DNA of 63,465 bases, filler included, from Platydemus manokwari (GCA_037951405.1; 5 parts of 5 records of this genome joined end to end with filler, not necessarily neighbours in it), one strand, 5' to 3'. Shown: positions 39,689 to 55,290, numbered from the whole stretch's first letter. Notes: a model not told the origin generated them from the letters alone. Numbers and translations are program-made.

Positions 39689-42600
39689 CAATGAATAGGA
39701 TAAATAATGTTTCACTTGATACTAAAACGGGTGTATGTCTATTTCTGACAGTAATAACGTGCAATAATATACAAAATTTAATTTTATTCGTTAAAGCTTT
39801 CTGTAAAGTTGTATTTATCGTTGGTATTTTTGCACCTTTTTATGTGAGGTGTCTTTGATTTCCACTCGTGTCATGTGTTTGGAGGGAAGTATGTAAAGGC
39901 AAGGTTTTTTTTATTATGTTTCATTTATTGAATGTCACTATAACCTAACATACCAAGACAATTTTCATTCAATTTAATTCTTTAATTTTAAATAATAGTT
40001 TTTGTTGATAAATTTTATTGATAAATTCCGTAAGAACACAATCATTGATAACATTAACAAAGTTTCTTCTTTGAAAGTTATGTATGCGAGTATTTTTAGA
40101 TATACATCTAACATAAACAGCATATAAAAACAATAACCCATTATTCGATATTATCTCATCTGTTGTGGGGAACCGTCCTAGCCATGTGAGTAATCAAATA
40201 ATGATAAACCATAAGTATAGAAAAATTTTAAGACAAAATAAAAATAAAATTAGATTTTTGAATTAAAAAATACATAATTTTTGAAATTTGTTTAATCGAA
40301 TCAATTGTTTTACTAACCTCAAAATCAGACCAAAATTCCATCGAAACCTAAATATAGAAGTCACTTCATGTCAAAAAATAAAATAACAAAAAGTTACTAA
40401 AAATAACTATGTTGAATGAAAATAGTAACTCATGTATAACAGACACCAAAAGTAGTAAGACATGATTTTAAGCATAGAATGTTACTAAAAAATAGCGATA
40501 TGACTCATAAAGCACAAATATTGATAAAATTGAAGCATTTTATAAATGAGTGACACTAGTCACTCTACACATAACTTTGTGAGCACAATATTACGAGTGC
40601 AAACTTGTTAGAATGATATTTCAAGCTAAAATTTGAACATTTATTCAAGCGAATTTTAGTATTACTTTCTTGTTCGCTATAAACTGAATTTCATTTATTA
40701 TTTTGAATTTTTCTATAATTCAGTGATAATTAATTTTTTATTGGCATGGCATTTATTTAAAGACCCATGGCTATTTTTAGCCTTGTGGTTTTTTAAATTT
40801 CGTAAGTGACTCAATCTTTGGTTTCCCATTATCTTTATTAATCGAAAGGTTTGTCCGATCACCTAAATGACACATACTAATCTTTTATATCGAATATTCT
40901 GTACTCACACAATAGAGTTATATATTATCTGCTAGTACCGCAAAATTATTTCAGTTAATCAAATATATTTTATTGTTTTGTATAGTGTTACCTTATAATC
41001 AGTATTTATATTTTAAATATTGTTTGATAATATACGAGGATAGGATTGAAATAAAAACCTTTTGATAACAAATATTATCATATCTTTAGCACACCCAATA
41101 TTGAATAGACATCAAAACAAGAATAAAATCGAGATTAATTTGTTATAACGTGCGTATACTTCCTTAGGTTAAAAGTACTAAATAATTAACGAAGAATGGT
41201 GAGTTAGACAGGCGTATTAACGTTAAAATGATAAGGCTGAAATGAAAATGTTGAATGATCCCTTTACAGATACCTTGGAATTAACAAAAATTAAGGATAG
41301 CTTGGCGGAACACATGCAAATTGAATACTTATTAATATTTCTTGTTTAAACTCTTAATATTTATACCAGAATTAGTTTTCATTTTGATTGGCTCATGAGT
41401 TTCTCTAGTGCCTGATTAAATAATCATGACGACTTTGGTTTCTTTAACATTAAGACTGTTTCAAAGAAATCTTTTTTATAGCTATTTCAACAAGTTAATG
41501 TTTTAGTGTTCATACGTCAAATCTAAAGATAATTTGATAAATATTTACTTTTTTTTAATAATTCAATCAATATTAAGACACTCAGTGATAAATTACTATT
41601 ACATTCTATTCTTTAAATATTAATTGGTACGTTTTCTTGAACTTGTTTATTTATTCTGAACAGTTCTTTAATATCTAAACATAGAAATACATATATGAAA
41701 TTGTTGGGTTTCGAAGACGGATTTAATACAAAATTAACTATTAAAGACAATAAACTGGTAGTGATCTAACAGTTTTTGTGTATTGATGTATAAAATTATT
41801 TGATAAATTACTGTAACAATTTGGCCATAAATTGTTATTATTATTATTATCGTTATTACTGTATATTGCTGTGCAATATCTGTAAAATAGTTTTATCAAT
41901 TCCATAAAAAAAGCCAAATTACAATATACACACCCATTAAAACAAATTCCAACCTTAAAATTTTCCATGATAAACATGCACATTAAAGCAAATTCCAATA
42001 AAATAGACACTAATAAATTACTGTCTTTTATTGTGTGAAATAACTTGTGGCAGAATAAAATAATCGCGTGGAATAAATTTAATATCAGAATTCAAATAAG
42101 CATGTATTTAAATTATATAAAGCAAATTTAATGGCAGAGAATTTTTAACTGTTATATTAAATTGAATTAAATTCATGGCTAGAAAATATGTTAAATAATA
42201 AATCATAGAGAATATCTACGAGTGACTCATCGATACGGTATTCATAGTTATTCTAAGCACACTACAGACAATTCTAAAGCGCGAAAATATCTAATCTACG
42301 ATTTTATCACTCCATCTGAAGGGCGAATATTCCGCCCTGGTGATCAAGGACCTGTTTATGCCCAGTTTTCTAAACGTAAATAATATTTTGAGTAATTCAA
42401 AATCTTATTTGCTTCAAACGTTATGCAACATAATGATAATAATAGTTTTGGTTATTTACTTTAATATCTATTATCAAAATTACAAATGCAAAGTAGAATT
42501 TAAAAATCATTCTACGCAATCGAAAATTTTAGAATAATCATACAGATTTAGCACAAAATAACTTTTAAAATGATTCCAAAATAGGAAATAAAATTTAAAT

Positions 42601-43049
42601 TCAATTAAAAATGATAAATTATATATCTGATTTATTAAGTTAGTAAAACAAACCAACAATATTAAGTCATTTGTGTTGATCTCAAATTGTATTTTCATTC
42701 TAATTATTGATTTTTTTACTTCTTATATAAAAAGAATTTTTCACTGTGAAACTCTTACTGAGATAATGATTTAAGAATACTCAAAATAAATTTCTAATCC
42801 TGACAGTTTTAATAATATTTCGAACTCGACAGCCAATGAAAGAAATAATTGTGTTTAACATTTTCAATTTATTATTCAATTTATCATTATAGCACTATTT
42901 GATTGCTCATCATCATTTTTACCATCATTATAGGTTTCATTTTTATCGACAAACTGTCATTTTCACCTTTAATTCACATTTTAGAAAAATTCGAAAAAAG
43001 CTGTTTGTAAACAAACTCAGTATAAACAAATCAAACAACAAATAAATGA

Positions 43050-45480
43050 TCTTGATTTGGTCAGTTGCTATTATCAAATACAATGTTAGATAAATCAACC
43101 ATACAATCTTATCAAGACATCACATGAACAATACTACAATTACTCTGTTTCAGATATTAAAGATCGGTGAAATATGAATACTTTAGATAAAGAATTATTC
43201 TTAATGTTGGATTTAACCAAATTACTTTTGGACAATTTTGAAACTCTTAAAAAATCAATAATATTTCAGATTATTTGCTCTTTGAATATTTAGATCGAAG
43301 TCTATACCACTCGACATGTCTTATGAATTCTAAATTTAGACATTGATCAATAAAAATCAAAGAACAAAATAATTTGTAAAATCACACTAAAATCAAATGT
43401 TATTGTAAAGTATAGAAATATATAAACTGATAACTACTAATACACTCATTGAATAGGATAAAATAATTGATAATACTTATACAACAGACTTATCTAACTT
43501 TGATCCTATATCATTAATTATTAGAAATATATGCTAACGAAATAATATCGGTAATTATTGAACAAATCGACTTATTTATATTCATAAGATAGACACAGTA
43601 TTTAATGTGTTTTTATGACGAGAAAAATTAAATGTTCAAAATATTTTGTACAATATAAATGGAAACAATCATTGTCTCATTAAAACCAAAGCAATTAGAT
43701 CAAATAATTATTTAACATAATGAAAAATACAAATATTTATTGAAAATCAAAAAAACAAATAAATCGTCTATTAACCAATGAATTAAAAGCGAATGCATAC
43801 ATTTTTGAATGGAGTACACAGCTATTTGAAACACAGTTATTTAAAAATCAATATTTAAACAGTTCCAGTTTAATAATTAATCCGATTTTTTGTCTTCAAC
43901 TCTATTTTCCAACGAAGCCAATTTTTTCTAAAAATTACCAGATCAATACAACAAATGAGAATATATTCACAATTACAATCATTTCGAATGTATTAAATAA
44001 TAGGTATTATGAAATCTAATCGAATGGACTAATACACATTGACAAGCGATATGATCAAATTTATTGAATCTCAACACAATACACTTTGATATTTATCGGT
44101 ATATTTAATGATTATCAGATTTTTGTTTAGGTTAAATATCAAAATAACAGCGCGTTCGTAAAAAAATATACCAATTAAAAATATTTATAGACTCATGATA
44201 AAAAACCTGGCATTACAAATATTCACAGTCATTTATTTAAAATGTGATTATTTACACGACAAAATATATTCATTTATCTCTTGAAAATTTAAATAAATCT
44301 CTTTAAAATCTCTATCTTTAGAAATACTATTTTAAATTTGACTTTAACATCAACCTTTGTGCGTTCTATAAACGTCTATCTTTCCTTTAATAATGAGTAT
44401 GATGTTCGAAAAACAGTTTCCATCGGTAAATTCTTAAACTTCGTTTGATTCTCTACATCCTACAGTATCAAATCAGCTAATCATTATTGATTTGATTTAT
44501 TTTACTTGTACCTATTTAGATTGGATTATGTTAAGAGCTAGATTGTTAATGACAATGACCTTAGACAAAATGAGACAATAAACACAAATCAATAATATAG
44601 ATGAAAATAGATGTTATTCAAGTGAAGATCAACAATTTTTAATGTACGGAATCTGTGATTTGCAGTTAAAATAATAAATAACTGCAATGTGATTTATTTT
44701 AGTTTTGATATAGTGAGAATGTTTTAAAATGTGTAGAAAATTAGTTTACAATTTTTACACACACACAAATACAATCAGTTGTTTACAAATCTTTTAAAGA
44801 TTCTATTAATATTAGCAGAAATTAGATTGTCTAAAAATACTTTATTAAAAATGTTTCAAATGCTTAAATATAGATTTAAGTAATAAATTTTCAAAAATGA
44901 AGTCAAATCTGTGGCGTTCGCAGAATATTTTCATTCGCTTCAATTAATGTGTTATTTGATTCTGGGCAGACTACGGAAACAAATATAGAAACTTTGTGGA
45001 TTTAAAATTTCTTTATCGAGCTTGATTTCAGGTATTAAATCAATTATTTATAAATATTATCTCCGTTTTTGAGATATTTCCGCGAAAGACCTTTATCAAT
45101 ATATAATGTAAATTTATTCAATGATGAATTTAAGTTCCTATTTGTGATTGCTGTTTGAGAAAAATCAATTTAATGATATTTTGGAAACCAAAAATCATTT
45201 CATATTAAATGATAAAATCATCTATTTATTTTAATAATTTTCAGTCTTAAATGTCTCTGTACAACATTTATTAACTTAAAATAAGTAATCTTAAATCATT
45301 AAGATAATAAGCTAAAAAGTAATATGCAAAATATGAATACTGTTAAGCTCTACTGGAAGCCAATATAATTTGGATTTTATGGAAGCAAGTTATACATTGA
45401 AAAACTGGTGGATGGGGTTTTCAATAATTATAAAGAACATTGTTTGTAAACTTTTCTGTTCAGAAATCAATGGCGAAGGT
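43050..45480 (+). pseudogene. Possible degenerate leucine-rich-repeat receptor gene
   Basis: LRR-like LNVGFNQIT (~43200), LRR C-cap-like YFTCTYLDWI..RCYSS (~44500-44620); full of stops; weak. Confidence 0.22.
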
Positions 45481-47326
45481 GATTCAAAGAATGTTATATC
45501 TAATTTTAAAAATAGCTATTTAATATAAAATAGATGAAAATTTACTTTATGATTACATAAATATGTATTCATGTTGGCTATAAGAATTGCAATGTAATAT
45601 TATCGTTGAAATCTTACTTCTTATGAGAGGTTTTGTGGGACATATCTATTTATTTCATATTAAATTTTGTTTTATTTGACTTGTCCATTCGAAATTTTAA
45701 TTTCCTGAATTGTCATCGGTAAAATAATTGGTCAATTTCATCATGTGATCGAGTTTAGTGAATTATATAATATAATCACGTAATATGTCGTAACAAGTAT
45801 TTCCGATGTGATAAACATATTGAATATAATTATGTCGATATTTTTCCGAATTAAACGATTCCGGAACAAAACCTTGACCCAAATATAGATTTTCATTTTA
45901 ATTATAACAATTCTTTAAAATGCAAATTTTGTTTGTCAACAAAAAATATAATTAGATTAATTATTTGAAAATCGTTTATTCTGCATATTTATTTGTGATT
46001 AGTTGAATAAATATTTTAAAACATTGAATTGCATTAGATGGATAAATTGACCAAATTTTAAAAGGAATCCCAACTTATTTTACAAATAAATTTAAGCCTA
46101 GAAAAGTGTAACATTTTCATGATTCTTATATTATCAATCAAAATAATCAAATCAACTTATGCACACCAACTTGACCAATTAAAAATGACATTTATTAACT
46201 GATTTGAATATATAACTAATAAAAATACAAGCTATGACACATTAAATTTTACTAGAAGTAATCTAGATAACCAAACATATTACATTAAACTAGAACTGCT
46301 AATCTATTTTTAGCTGTTTATTGCAAATCATAATAAAATTGTGTGCAAATTTATATTTCTCTCTCTTCCAATCCCCAAATCAAATTTAAGCACATCTGTT
46401 AGATTGCTATTAAAATTTTCAAATTATATTAAGTGAAATAAATTAACAATAATCTATAGTAAATAGTGAGTGTATTTTCGATTTCGGTGATATTGGGTGA
46501 ATATTGATATTAAAAGTGATATTTACTAAATTCCTATTATTTTAGATTATAAAAATTGTTCGTTATGATTAACTAAAAATTTCTAAACCCATTCTTCTAA
46601 AAGAAAACCATTATCACCATATTATGGATGAATTGTGACGAGAAAATCAGTATTTTTAATAACCTAATCAATTAACTCTATAAATATGTATATGAGACAG
46701 AAACTTTTAAATGTTGCTAATTCTGGTTTTTAACATTAAATAGTTAATTGCCAAGGAAATTACATGGTTTCTGTGATATTAATAACTTATGAATTGTTAC
46801 AATTGGATCTCTCTTTTGAAATGCAATGAAAATATTAAATCAATTTAATGATCTATTTCAGTAATCTCATTGAATTCTTTTATATATTATTTGTATCCTG
46901 ATCGAACCATAAACAAAGCCGACCGGTTTCAAGATCCTTCCCACTCTAAAGTATCGAATAGAATCTCGAATCAATCATCTCATTGTTTGTTCATTGATGG
47001 ATTCGCACCCAAGGTCATTTCAGTAACATTCGAAATCACTTAACGTGGATGCCAATGGAAATTGGATTTTGGTTTTATATCACCACATCTCTCAAATTTA
47101 TTATTAATAATATATAATCATTATTTAACTACGATTTCTAATGGTCAACAGCAGCAACTAAACAATGGAAACTGAAGAACCCAGCAATACTTATTTACAA
47201 ACATTCTTAACTGGTTGGTAAAACAAACAAAGCACGCTGATAACCAATCGCTAGCAATACTTAAATATCAATAATAGCTGTGTATGATCTTAAAATTCAA
47301 TTAAAATTTGTCATAGATGATAATAA

Positions 47327-48305
47327 TCAATAAATGATGTCAATTAATTGATTCTATTCATTATGAAAACAAAAATAAACAATTTTACCTGGATAATTTC
47401 GTGTTCTTCTAGCAATTCATCATATGCTCGATTATTACCATCGCTCTGTTTCTTCAAAGTCTCCAAATCTAATTCCAATTGGCTAATTTCTAAACATCAA
47501 ACAACCGAAATTATCATAAATAATAACAACAATTGATAACCTTTTTCATAAGATTCCAATTGAATTGTGGCTTTGTCGAGTTTTTCCTGTAATTTGGAAT
47601 CAACATTGGATTTCTAAACACAGTTTTTAATAAAAATAATCAAAAATCAAATCTATAAGAACAGCGCTCTCATCCAACATATTCTTAGCTGCAGCTGTTG
47701 CACTCTGTGCTTGTTTCATAGATGCTGTGCTAATTGCTTCCAAATGAGCGGTGGTTGTAATCAAGCTCACCATTCGTCTCAGAACACTGGAAATTATCGA
47801 AATTTAAGTTATCATAAAACATTGATGAACCATTAAGCAATAAAGATTTAATAAATTAATTTTAAATCAACTTACAACCACATGAAGAGAGCAAATCCGG
47901 ATACATAAAGATTTCTTTGAGCACGGAAGAGTCTCATAAGAACCGCTGATTCTGAATGATGTTCGTGGGAAACTATCACTTTATCTTCTAATTTATTATA
48001 TTTAATAACTTCCCGAATGGCATCTAATTAAAAATATGAGATTTCAACTAATTAATCACAAATACCTAAGAACAATACTGCCAAAATAAGCAACAAAATA
48101 TTAAAATACAGTGTTGAATAAGAAGCAAATTTTTTGACGAGTCTTGATTTAAAAATTTTACTCCAACTGAAAATGTTATATGAAGTAGAAAATAAAGTAA
48201 TTAACCAAAATACCGAGAAGCTGATATAAATGGCAAAGCAAGCAATATAGTCACAAAAATTTCTAAGTACAGGAAACCAGCTACTGCTACCCATTGAACA
48301 CTCAT
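47327..48305 (-). CDS. BCAP31: B-cell receptor-associated protein 31/29 family; exons 48305-48214, 48166-48066, 48023-47876, 47786-47663, 47613-47541, 47489-47389 and a tentative last exon 47353-47327
   Basis: MSVQWVAVAGFLYLEIF..LPFISASRWSKIFKSRL, DAIREV, MRLFRAQRNLYVSGF, KQAQSA, LKKQSDGNNRAYDELLEEH; all joins in frame at GT-AG. Confidence 0.92.
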
Positions 48306-48437
48306 TGTAAAATGTTAATCAAAAATTTTCAGAAAAATTTAACGTATCGTTTATAATTATTGCAGTAATTATATATTTAAACAAAATGTCGATAATTGAA
48401 AATTATATATTGCATCAAAAAACGTATATCTATTGTT

Positions 48438-48472
48438 AATTTAATTTAATTTAATTTAATTTAATTTAATTT
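48438..48472. repeat. (AATTT)n microsatellite
   Basis: Direct observation, upstream of the BAP31 start. Confidence 0.9.
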
Positions 48473-50612
48473 ATGTTATTATGTAAATTCTCTTGATGAA
48501 ATTTACTAATATTTTTCTGAAAATATGAGATTAATAAATAATAGAGAATCTAAAAGTAATTACCGATTTATTGGGAAACCATTAACCGGCTAGTTCTGTA
48601 GTCAGATAGTGACGAGAGCGAAGAAGACAAGACTCCAATCCCCACTAACTCATGGTGAATGGAAGATAAAAAATAACCATGGAGAAACTCCTGCAAGCAA
48701 CGAAATGATTTAAAAGAATAAGTAAAAGTTTAATGAAAAAGCATTAACAATTGAATGAATGCCTAATCAATCTGCACGCACTCAATGGCGATTAATAGAG
48801 AATTCTCAATCCAAATCCTAATAAGATTAGTAATAATATGTTAAGTGCACGCCTACCCAAGTAATATATATAGGGTTGTGATGGGTTTCAATTGATTGTT
48901 TAACAAGTCAATGGCGTGAGTTCTATTAAGTATGTCGACAGTATTTATAAACTTTAGATGATATATTCACAACAAAAATTCAAATTATTCAATTATTAAC
49001 ACCTTTGCGGAGAGTGGGAACACATGAAGTTCGAAATTTAACACTATATATGCGTACTTAAGCTGCAAGTCGTGTAATAGGTGGAAAACAAAAGTCAACC
49101 GAAAGAATTGTTTCCAAAACATGATACTAGTCTTCTATTTGTACCCCCGGTAAATGCACATTTGTGCCGCTTTAGCCGCATTGTCCAAAAAAGACCGTTT
49201 CGTTTTAGACGGCTATTATCGTCAAGCCACATAGTGAACTTCACTTTGACTGTTATAGAAGCAAGTGTCCGTCAACGTGTTAACTTTACAAATATTTTCG
49301 TACAATTTAACTCAATTAGATTTTAAAACTAATGGATATGATTATCATGAGGCCATCTCAAGAGCAGTATTGGTTTCTTTAATGAATTTAGATATAGAGT
49401 TTTAAACATTATTATTTGATATCCAAAAGGTTACTATTCTGTTGGCACTTTACTTATTTAATTAATGTGAAAAATTTACCAAAATTAATTATATCTTTTG
49501 CAGTCGATCCGCAAAGTAGTTCATCAAATTTTAGCAAGACTTTATCACTGTAGTTCACGTCTCTTAGAATTTATTAAACATTATTTTTACAATTATTAAT
49601 TATTATTATAAATTATTTAAAGACTAAATAATAAAATGTACTATGATATGAGTCTAGAAGATTTTAATAATAAGTTAACTCTTGCCAGATCGATATGCTC
49701 TGTTACAAAGACCTATGGCTAGATGACACGAGGAGTCTTTCAACAAGAGGTTTACATCAGTGATACCACAGAAAAAAATTGATGTCATGCAGTATCATCG
49801 TATAGGTCATTAAATTGAAGGTTTCAAACGAAAGTGAACGAAATATTGCAATAGCTATAGAGAAGACTTCATAAGACGATAATTTTTTGTCGAGATCTTG
49901 CTTTTCTTGTGATACGCAGGAGAGGAGAGTATTCGTTTAGATACTATTTAGAGAGGTTCGTCCACAAAAATAATGTGCATCCATGATAAATAACTTAAAA
50001 ATGTTATTTACATAAAATTGGTGCAGCAAATTTTTAAAGCTTACGCTCAGATAATGACAAAGAACTGGCATTAATCACCTGTCTATCTCGTTTGGGTTGC
50101 GTCATTAGGTCATACTTAAACCATAGATAGATTAAAAGCAGACATCGATAATGTAAATAGTGAGAAAAGGAACTCACGGATATATTCCAAAACAAAAGGT
50201 ACATAGTGACCTGCAATAGAACCCATTTAAAATTGAGATGCCATTTAAGTTCGTCTATAACGATAATTTATGGGATCAACAGCGGCTCATTGGAGAAGTC
50301 TAGACTTATGTTGGTGAGTGTTTCCCAATACACACAAATCATCCTAGCGAAAGATAAAGTAAATCAATCTGGAACAAAAGTGCCGGAGGATATCATAGTG
50401 ATTAAAGAAATATCATCATGATTTCTCGAAAGTCGTTATCGAAATCAATCATCATAATGTAAATTTACACAGATCAAATTTATTATCAACAACATATGAA
50501 CCTCTAAATTCCTTCTTGTATAACTTAGTTGGAAACCACTTCTTTAATTAAAATACAAACAGTCACTAGTATAGTTAAGATTTTCTAACAACTCGTATAT
50601 TTATTGAAAATT

Positions 50613-53600
50613 CTAATGCTTTAAGTCGCTTAAATATGGTACAGTGGATAAATCACCAACAGCAGCCATCGCTTTATTGGGATTGGATAAGACGGTTTTA
50701 GCAACCTAAATAAAATATTTTAACAAATATTAATGAAAGCTTAAATCTATAACCTTATTAACATCATCTATAGTGATTGAGCTAACCACATCAATTAAGC
50801 TGTCGATAGATAATATTTCACCGGTTCCTGTTGATTGGGCTATCACATTCTCCATTAACCCGTCATTAGTTTCTGATCTCATCATTAATTTTATTTGAAA
50901 GGCTTTTCTGTATAATAATATTCACGTTATTCAATAACAAAATGGTAAAATTTAAGAAAATCGTCAATATCTAAAGATAACAAACACTCACAACGGCTCT
51001 GACAAATTAAAATTTTAATAAAATAATAATTAATTGCAGTCATGTCTGCTTAAATTAGATTTGATTGGAATGCCACAATTCGTACGATTTGTCAAATACC
51101 ACTTATATTAAGCCGATTATTATTACCGCATAATTTATTTATTGTTTATTTCATACAGAATCAAAATAAATGACTGTTCATTTCATCGTTGTGACAGTAG
51201 TTAATATGGCACTTAACCTATCATGGAAGTTACCAATTTCCTGACAATGAGGATTGACACAATTCAAAAATATAAGAAACAAATCAACTAAGTTATAATC
51301 ATTTATTTTATTTAAGGAAGTCCATAATTGATCTCTGCTTCTGCCAGAAAAGCCAGTTTTATCGGTATTGCAAATATCTACTACACCATAATTTTGTAAA
51401 ATTCAACTTAATGTACTTATTATTATTCTTCCACTGTTGAAAAAGAGATATTGACTTCAGCTCTGAATTTTTGCTATATCATATTCTTTCTTGAATTTAT
51501 GAATCCATCTATTAGTCACAGCTTTTTCATGGACGTTTGACAAAATAAATTTGCTTTTGTGACCAGCAAATCTACATGAATAAGTAAACCCGGTTTATCA
51601 CTGTATTGTCTGAACCAAATCATGAGTGTCGCGTAAACATCATCCAATAGCACAATTCGCCATCTCTTTATGGAACAATTTCCTGCATCGGCTGTTTTTT
51701 TTCACTCTTAATTATCTTCTCTTTGCTTTTCAAGACATCGTTTAACATCTAAGATTTCATAATACGAAGAGCAGCAACATCGGATGTTCTTCAACAATAT
51801 TAGTGATTTTATATTAATCATCGTACGTCTTAGTCTGTAACTTGCGTATGTCAGTCATTATGAATTGATGAAATAATCATAAATAGTGTGCTCCCGTAAG
51901 ACTTCTAAAGCATTCGATAATTTGAAAAATAAAAAACTCAAATTATAAAATTATTTAAAAACACTAATTATCAAATTGGATACCTTTTCATTATTTCTAT
52001 TAAAACTACTAACTGTTAGTGAATGATCGTAATGTGTAGAAAAAATCAATACATACTCATGTACATACTAATAGCTAAGGGATAATCAAAAATATGAGTT
52101 ACTTACAAGACTGAAGTTGTAAAATTTACATGAATTACAAAAGTAAAAATACGGACTTTTGAAAGCGTTTTGTAACATGTCTAAATCCGAGGTATATCGA
52201 TCCAACTGTGTTTTTAACTCTTAATTTTAATGAAAATTAATAAAACTATTGTTTTACTCAGTAATTGAGAACCAGACCAAAATAAAAATAAGAAAAAATT
52301 TAAACAAACTTAATTCAAATTGATTCGGGAATAATAGTTCCAAATGCATTTATTTTCGAATATCGATCATTTCGATAACTTGTATTAAATAAAAATCTAA
52401 TTAAATAAAAAATATTTCAACATCAAATCAGAATCTGATTACTATGATAAACTCTGAAATTAAGCCTAAAAAGTAAAAATAAACACCAAAATTGTCTCTG
52501 AGAAGTGATTCCTCAGAAACAGATGATGAGGAAATTGAAGAATTAACTACAAAACCGGTAAATCAGCAGGTGGAAACAGAAGATATGCTCGAAAGTGAAG
52601 AAGAATTTTATGGTTTATATGACGAATAAAGTAATTTAGGTTTTTCTAAAATTTTTGATCTAAAAATGTGGAGGGTCTTAATAAATGTAATTTACGATAG
52701 TTGATAATTATGCAAAAATCTTTAAATTAAAAATATTAATTAACACATTATTATTAAATATTTCTAATTTCCAGCTGGATTTTTCAATGAAATTTACATT
52801 TAATTACTCAATGGGGCTTATTCAAGCCAATAATATATAATCAGTAAATAGAAAACATCTAGTAAAGTTTATAAAAATTCTTCCAAGAGATATTTTTCAT
52901 TTCCTTTTTCAAATAAACTTCAAAGATATTTGAAAATTATTAACGAAGAGATTGGGAAAAACAATCAATGAAACATGCAGATAAAAACCAAAATGCCATT
53001 TTAATTTAGCAATTTTTGTGATATATTGATAATAAAGTCATTAAAAAACAAAAATAAATTACTTGGCAATATCAAAATCTTTAGTAGAAACACCGTTTTT
53101 GCCAATGGCTGTGAAATGATTGTGCAAGCCTTGTGTAGCTTCATTTTGCACTGTTGGACATCCGGAAAGTGTGAATCCCAACAGTCCTGTATCCGAATAT
53201 GATGTATAGATGCTATTAGCCACACATTTATTATGAACGTTAGCATCTTTTACTACTCTTTTAATCAAATCGAAATTGCCATTGTTCCATTTAATGTGCA
53301 AATTCATTCCACTATCAATAACATCACATAGAATTGATGTAGCTAAACCTTCTTTAATATTATTGAATCCTGGTGCCTCCCATACTAATGAAACAGTAGC
53401 GAAACCTAATGGTAATTCATGTCGACATTCACCTATATTGCCAAATCAATACTTTTGCATTAGAAACAATAATCAACCTCCTCTGAAAATAGATTTTGGA
53501 ATTTTTATATCTTTTAAGGGTCTAATTTTGAATTTCTCAGCTAGCCGAACTAAATGTTCGTGATTGACAGACAATCCGACTAACATGCTTTTGTTTGCTG

Positions 53601-53726
53601 TGAATGTGTGATCCAGAAATTTTTCAATGGTGTCGATATTCCAATCACCTAATCGATGTTCATCGGCAAATAATGAATTTCCAAGATTATCACGAAATGC
53701 AGCCTTATGAAGGAGCTCTGAGCACA
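50613..53726 (-). CDS. UQCRC2: Cytochrome bc1 core protein 2 (M16 family), 3' part; exons 53726-53478, 53432-53063, 50907-50754, 50705-50613
   Basis: ELLHKAAFRDNLGNSLF, FRGGECR, SYSDTGLLG, MAAVGDLSTVPYLSDL; introns of 45, 2155 and 48 bp; 5' part cut by the scaffold end. Confidence 0.88.
51320..51800 (-). mobile_element. pogo/Tigger transposase relic inside the long UQCRC2 intron
   Basis: CENP-B-type HTH LMIWFRQ..LLVTKA..RWIHKFKKEYDI and YGVVDICNTDKTG (~IFNxDETG). Confidence 0.75.
52490..52700 (+). mobile_element. Possible 3' end of a second pogo/Tc2-like element
   Basis: Acidic tail ..ESEEEFYGLYDE* followed by a TIR-like gggtcttaataaatgtaatttacgata. Confidence 0.35.
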
Positions 53727-53879
53727 CTAAATAAAACTTTGTATGAGTCAAAGATTTAGAAAAGGTTCCATTTATTTTGGTGATTTGTTTTTAAAAGAAT
53801 AAATAAAAACAAAATATTTTTGAATGCATGAAAAACCTTTTTAACAAAATCACTATTTCTTTTATTTAGTATTATAATC

Positions 53880-53900
53880 CACACACACACACACACACAC
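53880..53900. repeat. (CA)n microsatellite
   Basis: Direct observation. Confidence 0.95.
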
Positions 53901-53935
53901 AAACCCGTGGAAAGTTTACAAGGTCGAAAATGATG

Positions 53936-54035
53936 NNNNNNNNNNNNNNNNNNNNNNNNNNNNNNNNNNNNNNNNNNNNTTAATTAATTAANNNNNNNNN
54001 NNNNNNNNNNNNNNNNNNNNNNNNNNNNNNNNNNN
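53936..54035. other. Artificial scaffold linker
   Basis: 44 N + ttaattaattaa + 44 N. Confidence 0.97.
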
Positions 54036-54900
54036 CTACACGCAACCTATTATTCTGTGAAGTCTCAGATATTGGTGGAAACATCAATCTCGAACTCACA
54101 GTCATTCACGTATATATATAGTAATTATCGGTTGAAAAATCGTTGATTTACTATTAAATTATCACCAAACAAGTTTCCATCAGTACCCATAATTAATAAG
54201 AAACCCGGCATTGATATAATAAAATTAAAAACCATCAAAATCACCTTATAATTAATTCACTAATTAAAACAACTCATATTGCGACTATATCCATAGAATA
54301 ATCAAACAGAATAAGTTATCCCTTACAGTGAATAAAATATCCGATTAGAATAAAATAATATCCATGGGTTAAATAAAATAAATTACCGTGTATTTAATCG
54401 AAGATAATTTTTCTCTGCCACGATAAATCATAATACATTAAACTGCACTGCATTAAATTAAATTCACAGAGAATATTTTTAAATGACTCATCGCTGCCTA
54501 TAAAAGGCAGTAACTGCAATAATTAAGATATTCAACAAGCAATACAGAGACATAATGCCCGGTAGTAACATCGAAGATCATTCATGACGAGACCCGTATT
54601 TTCTACTAGAAGATCAAGCCGTAAGATAATACATTTAAAAGGGTATATTAAATTATTTACATCATATATTTTCCATATTTATCGAGCTGAGCTCGGAAAA
54701 CCCTCATGAAAGGGAGGCTGACACAATGCTACGAAGGATTTTGTTGATTCACAATCTGCTTCTCCGAATTGTATGTTAATTCCAACGCTTAAATTTATAT
54801 AAGTCGATCAAAAAAATGTAGTTGTATAAAAGTATGAAATCTTGTATAAATGTATAAAAATATTGAATTTGTAATATTTAATTTCTAATACATACTTAGG

Positions 54901-55290
54901 TGTTAAAAATAGTATTTGATATTCATTAGCATTTGATATTCATAGGACTCATAAATTCATTGTTAAATAGTCTTTATCATTCACAACCTTTAAAGTTATT
55001 CTGGTGCATTATCAAATTAATTGAAACTGATAGTAAAATCAGTAACACAGACAAGACAATAATAGAGGCAATAACTGAAATAAAAACAAGAAAATCGATT
55101 TCTACGCCGTTCTATTTATCTTCACATAAGTTGAGAACGTCGAAACGAAGCAATATCAAAATACATACGTCATACAACTACCTGAGGGTCGAAACGGACT
55201 CAGTGTACTAATAAAGACGTAGACATGGACCAAGTGAAATAATAATCATTAAAGAAAATAAAGCAGTGACCCAAAACGTTACAAATGCAT
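54901..55290 (-). mobile_element. Dispersed repeat family B, partial copy
   Basis: Aligns with 1248-1640, same taggtgttaaaa start. Confidence 0.6.
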
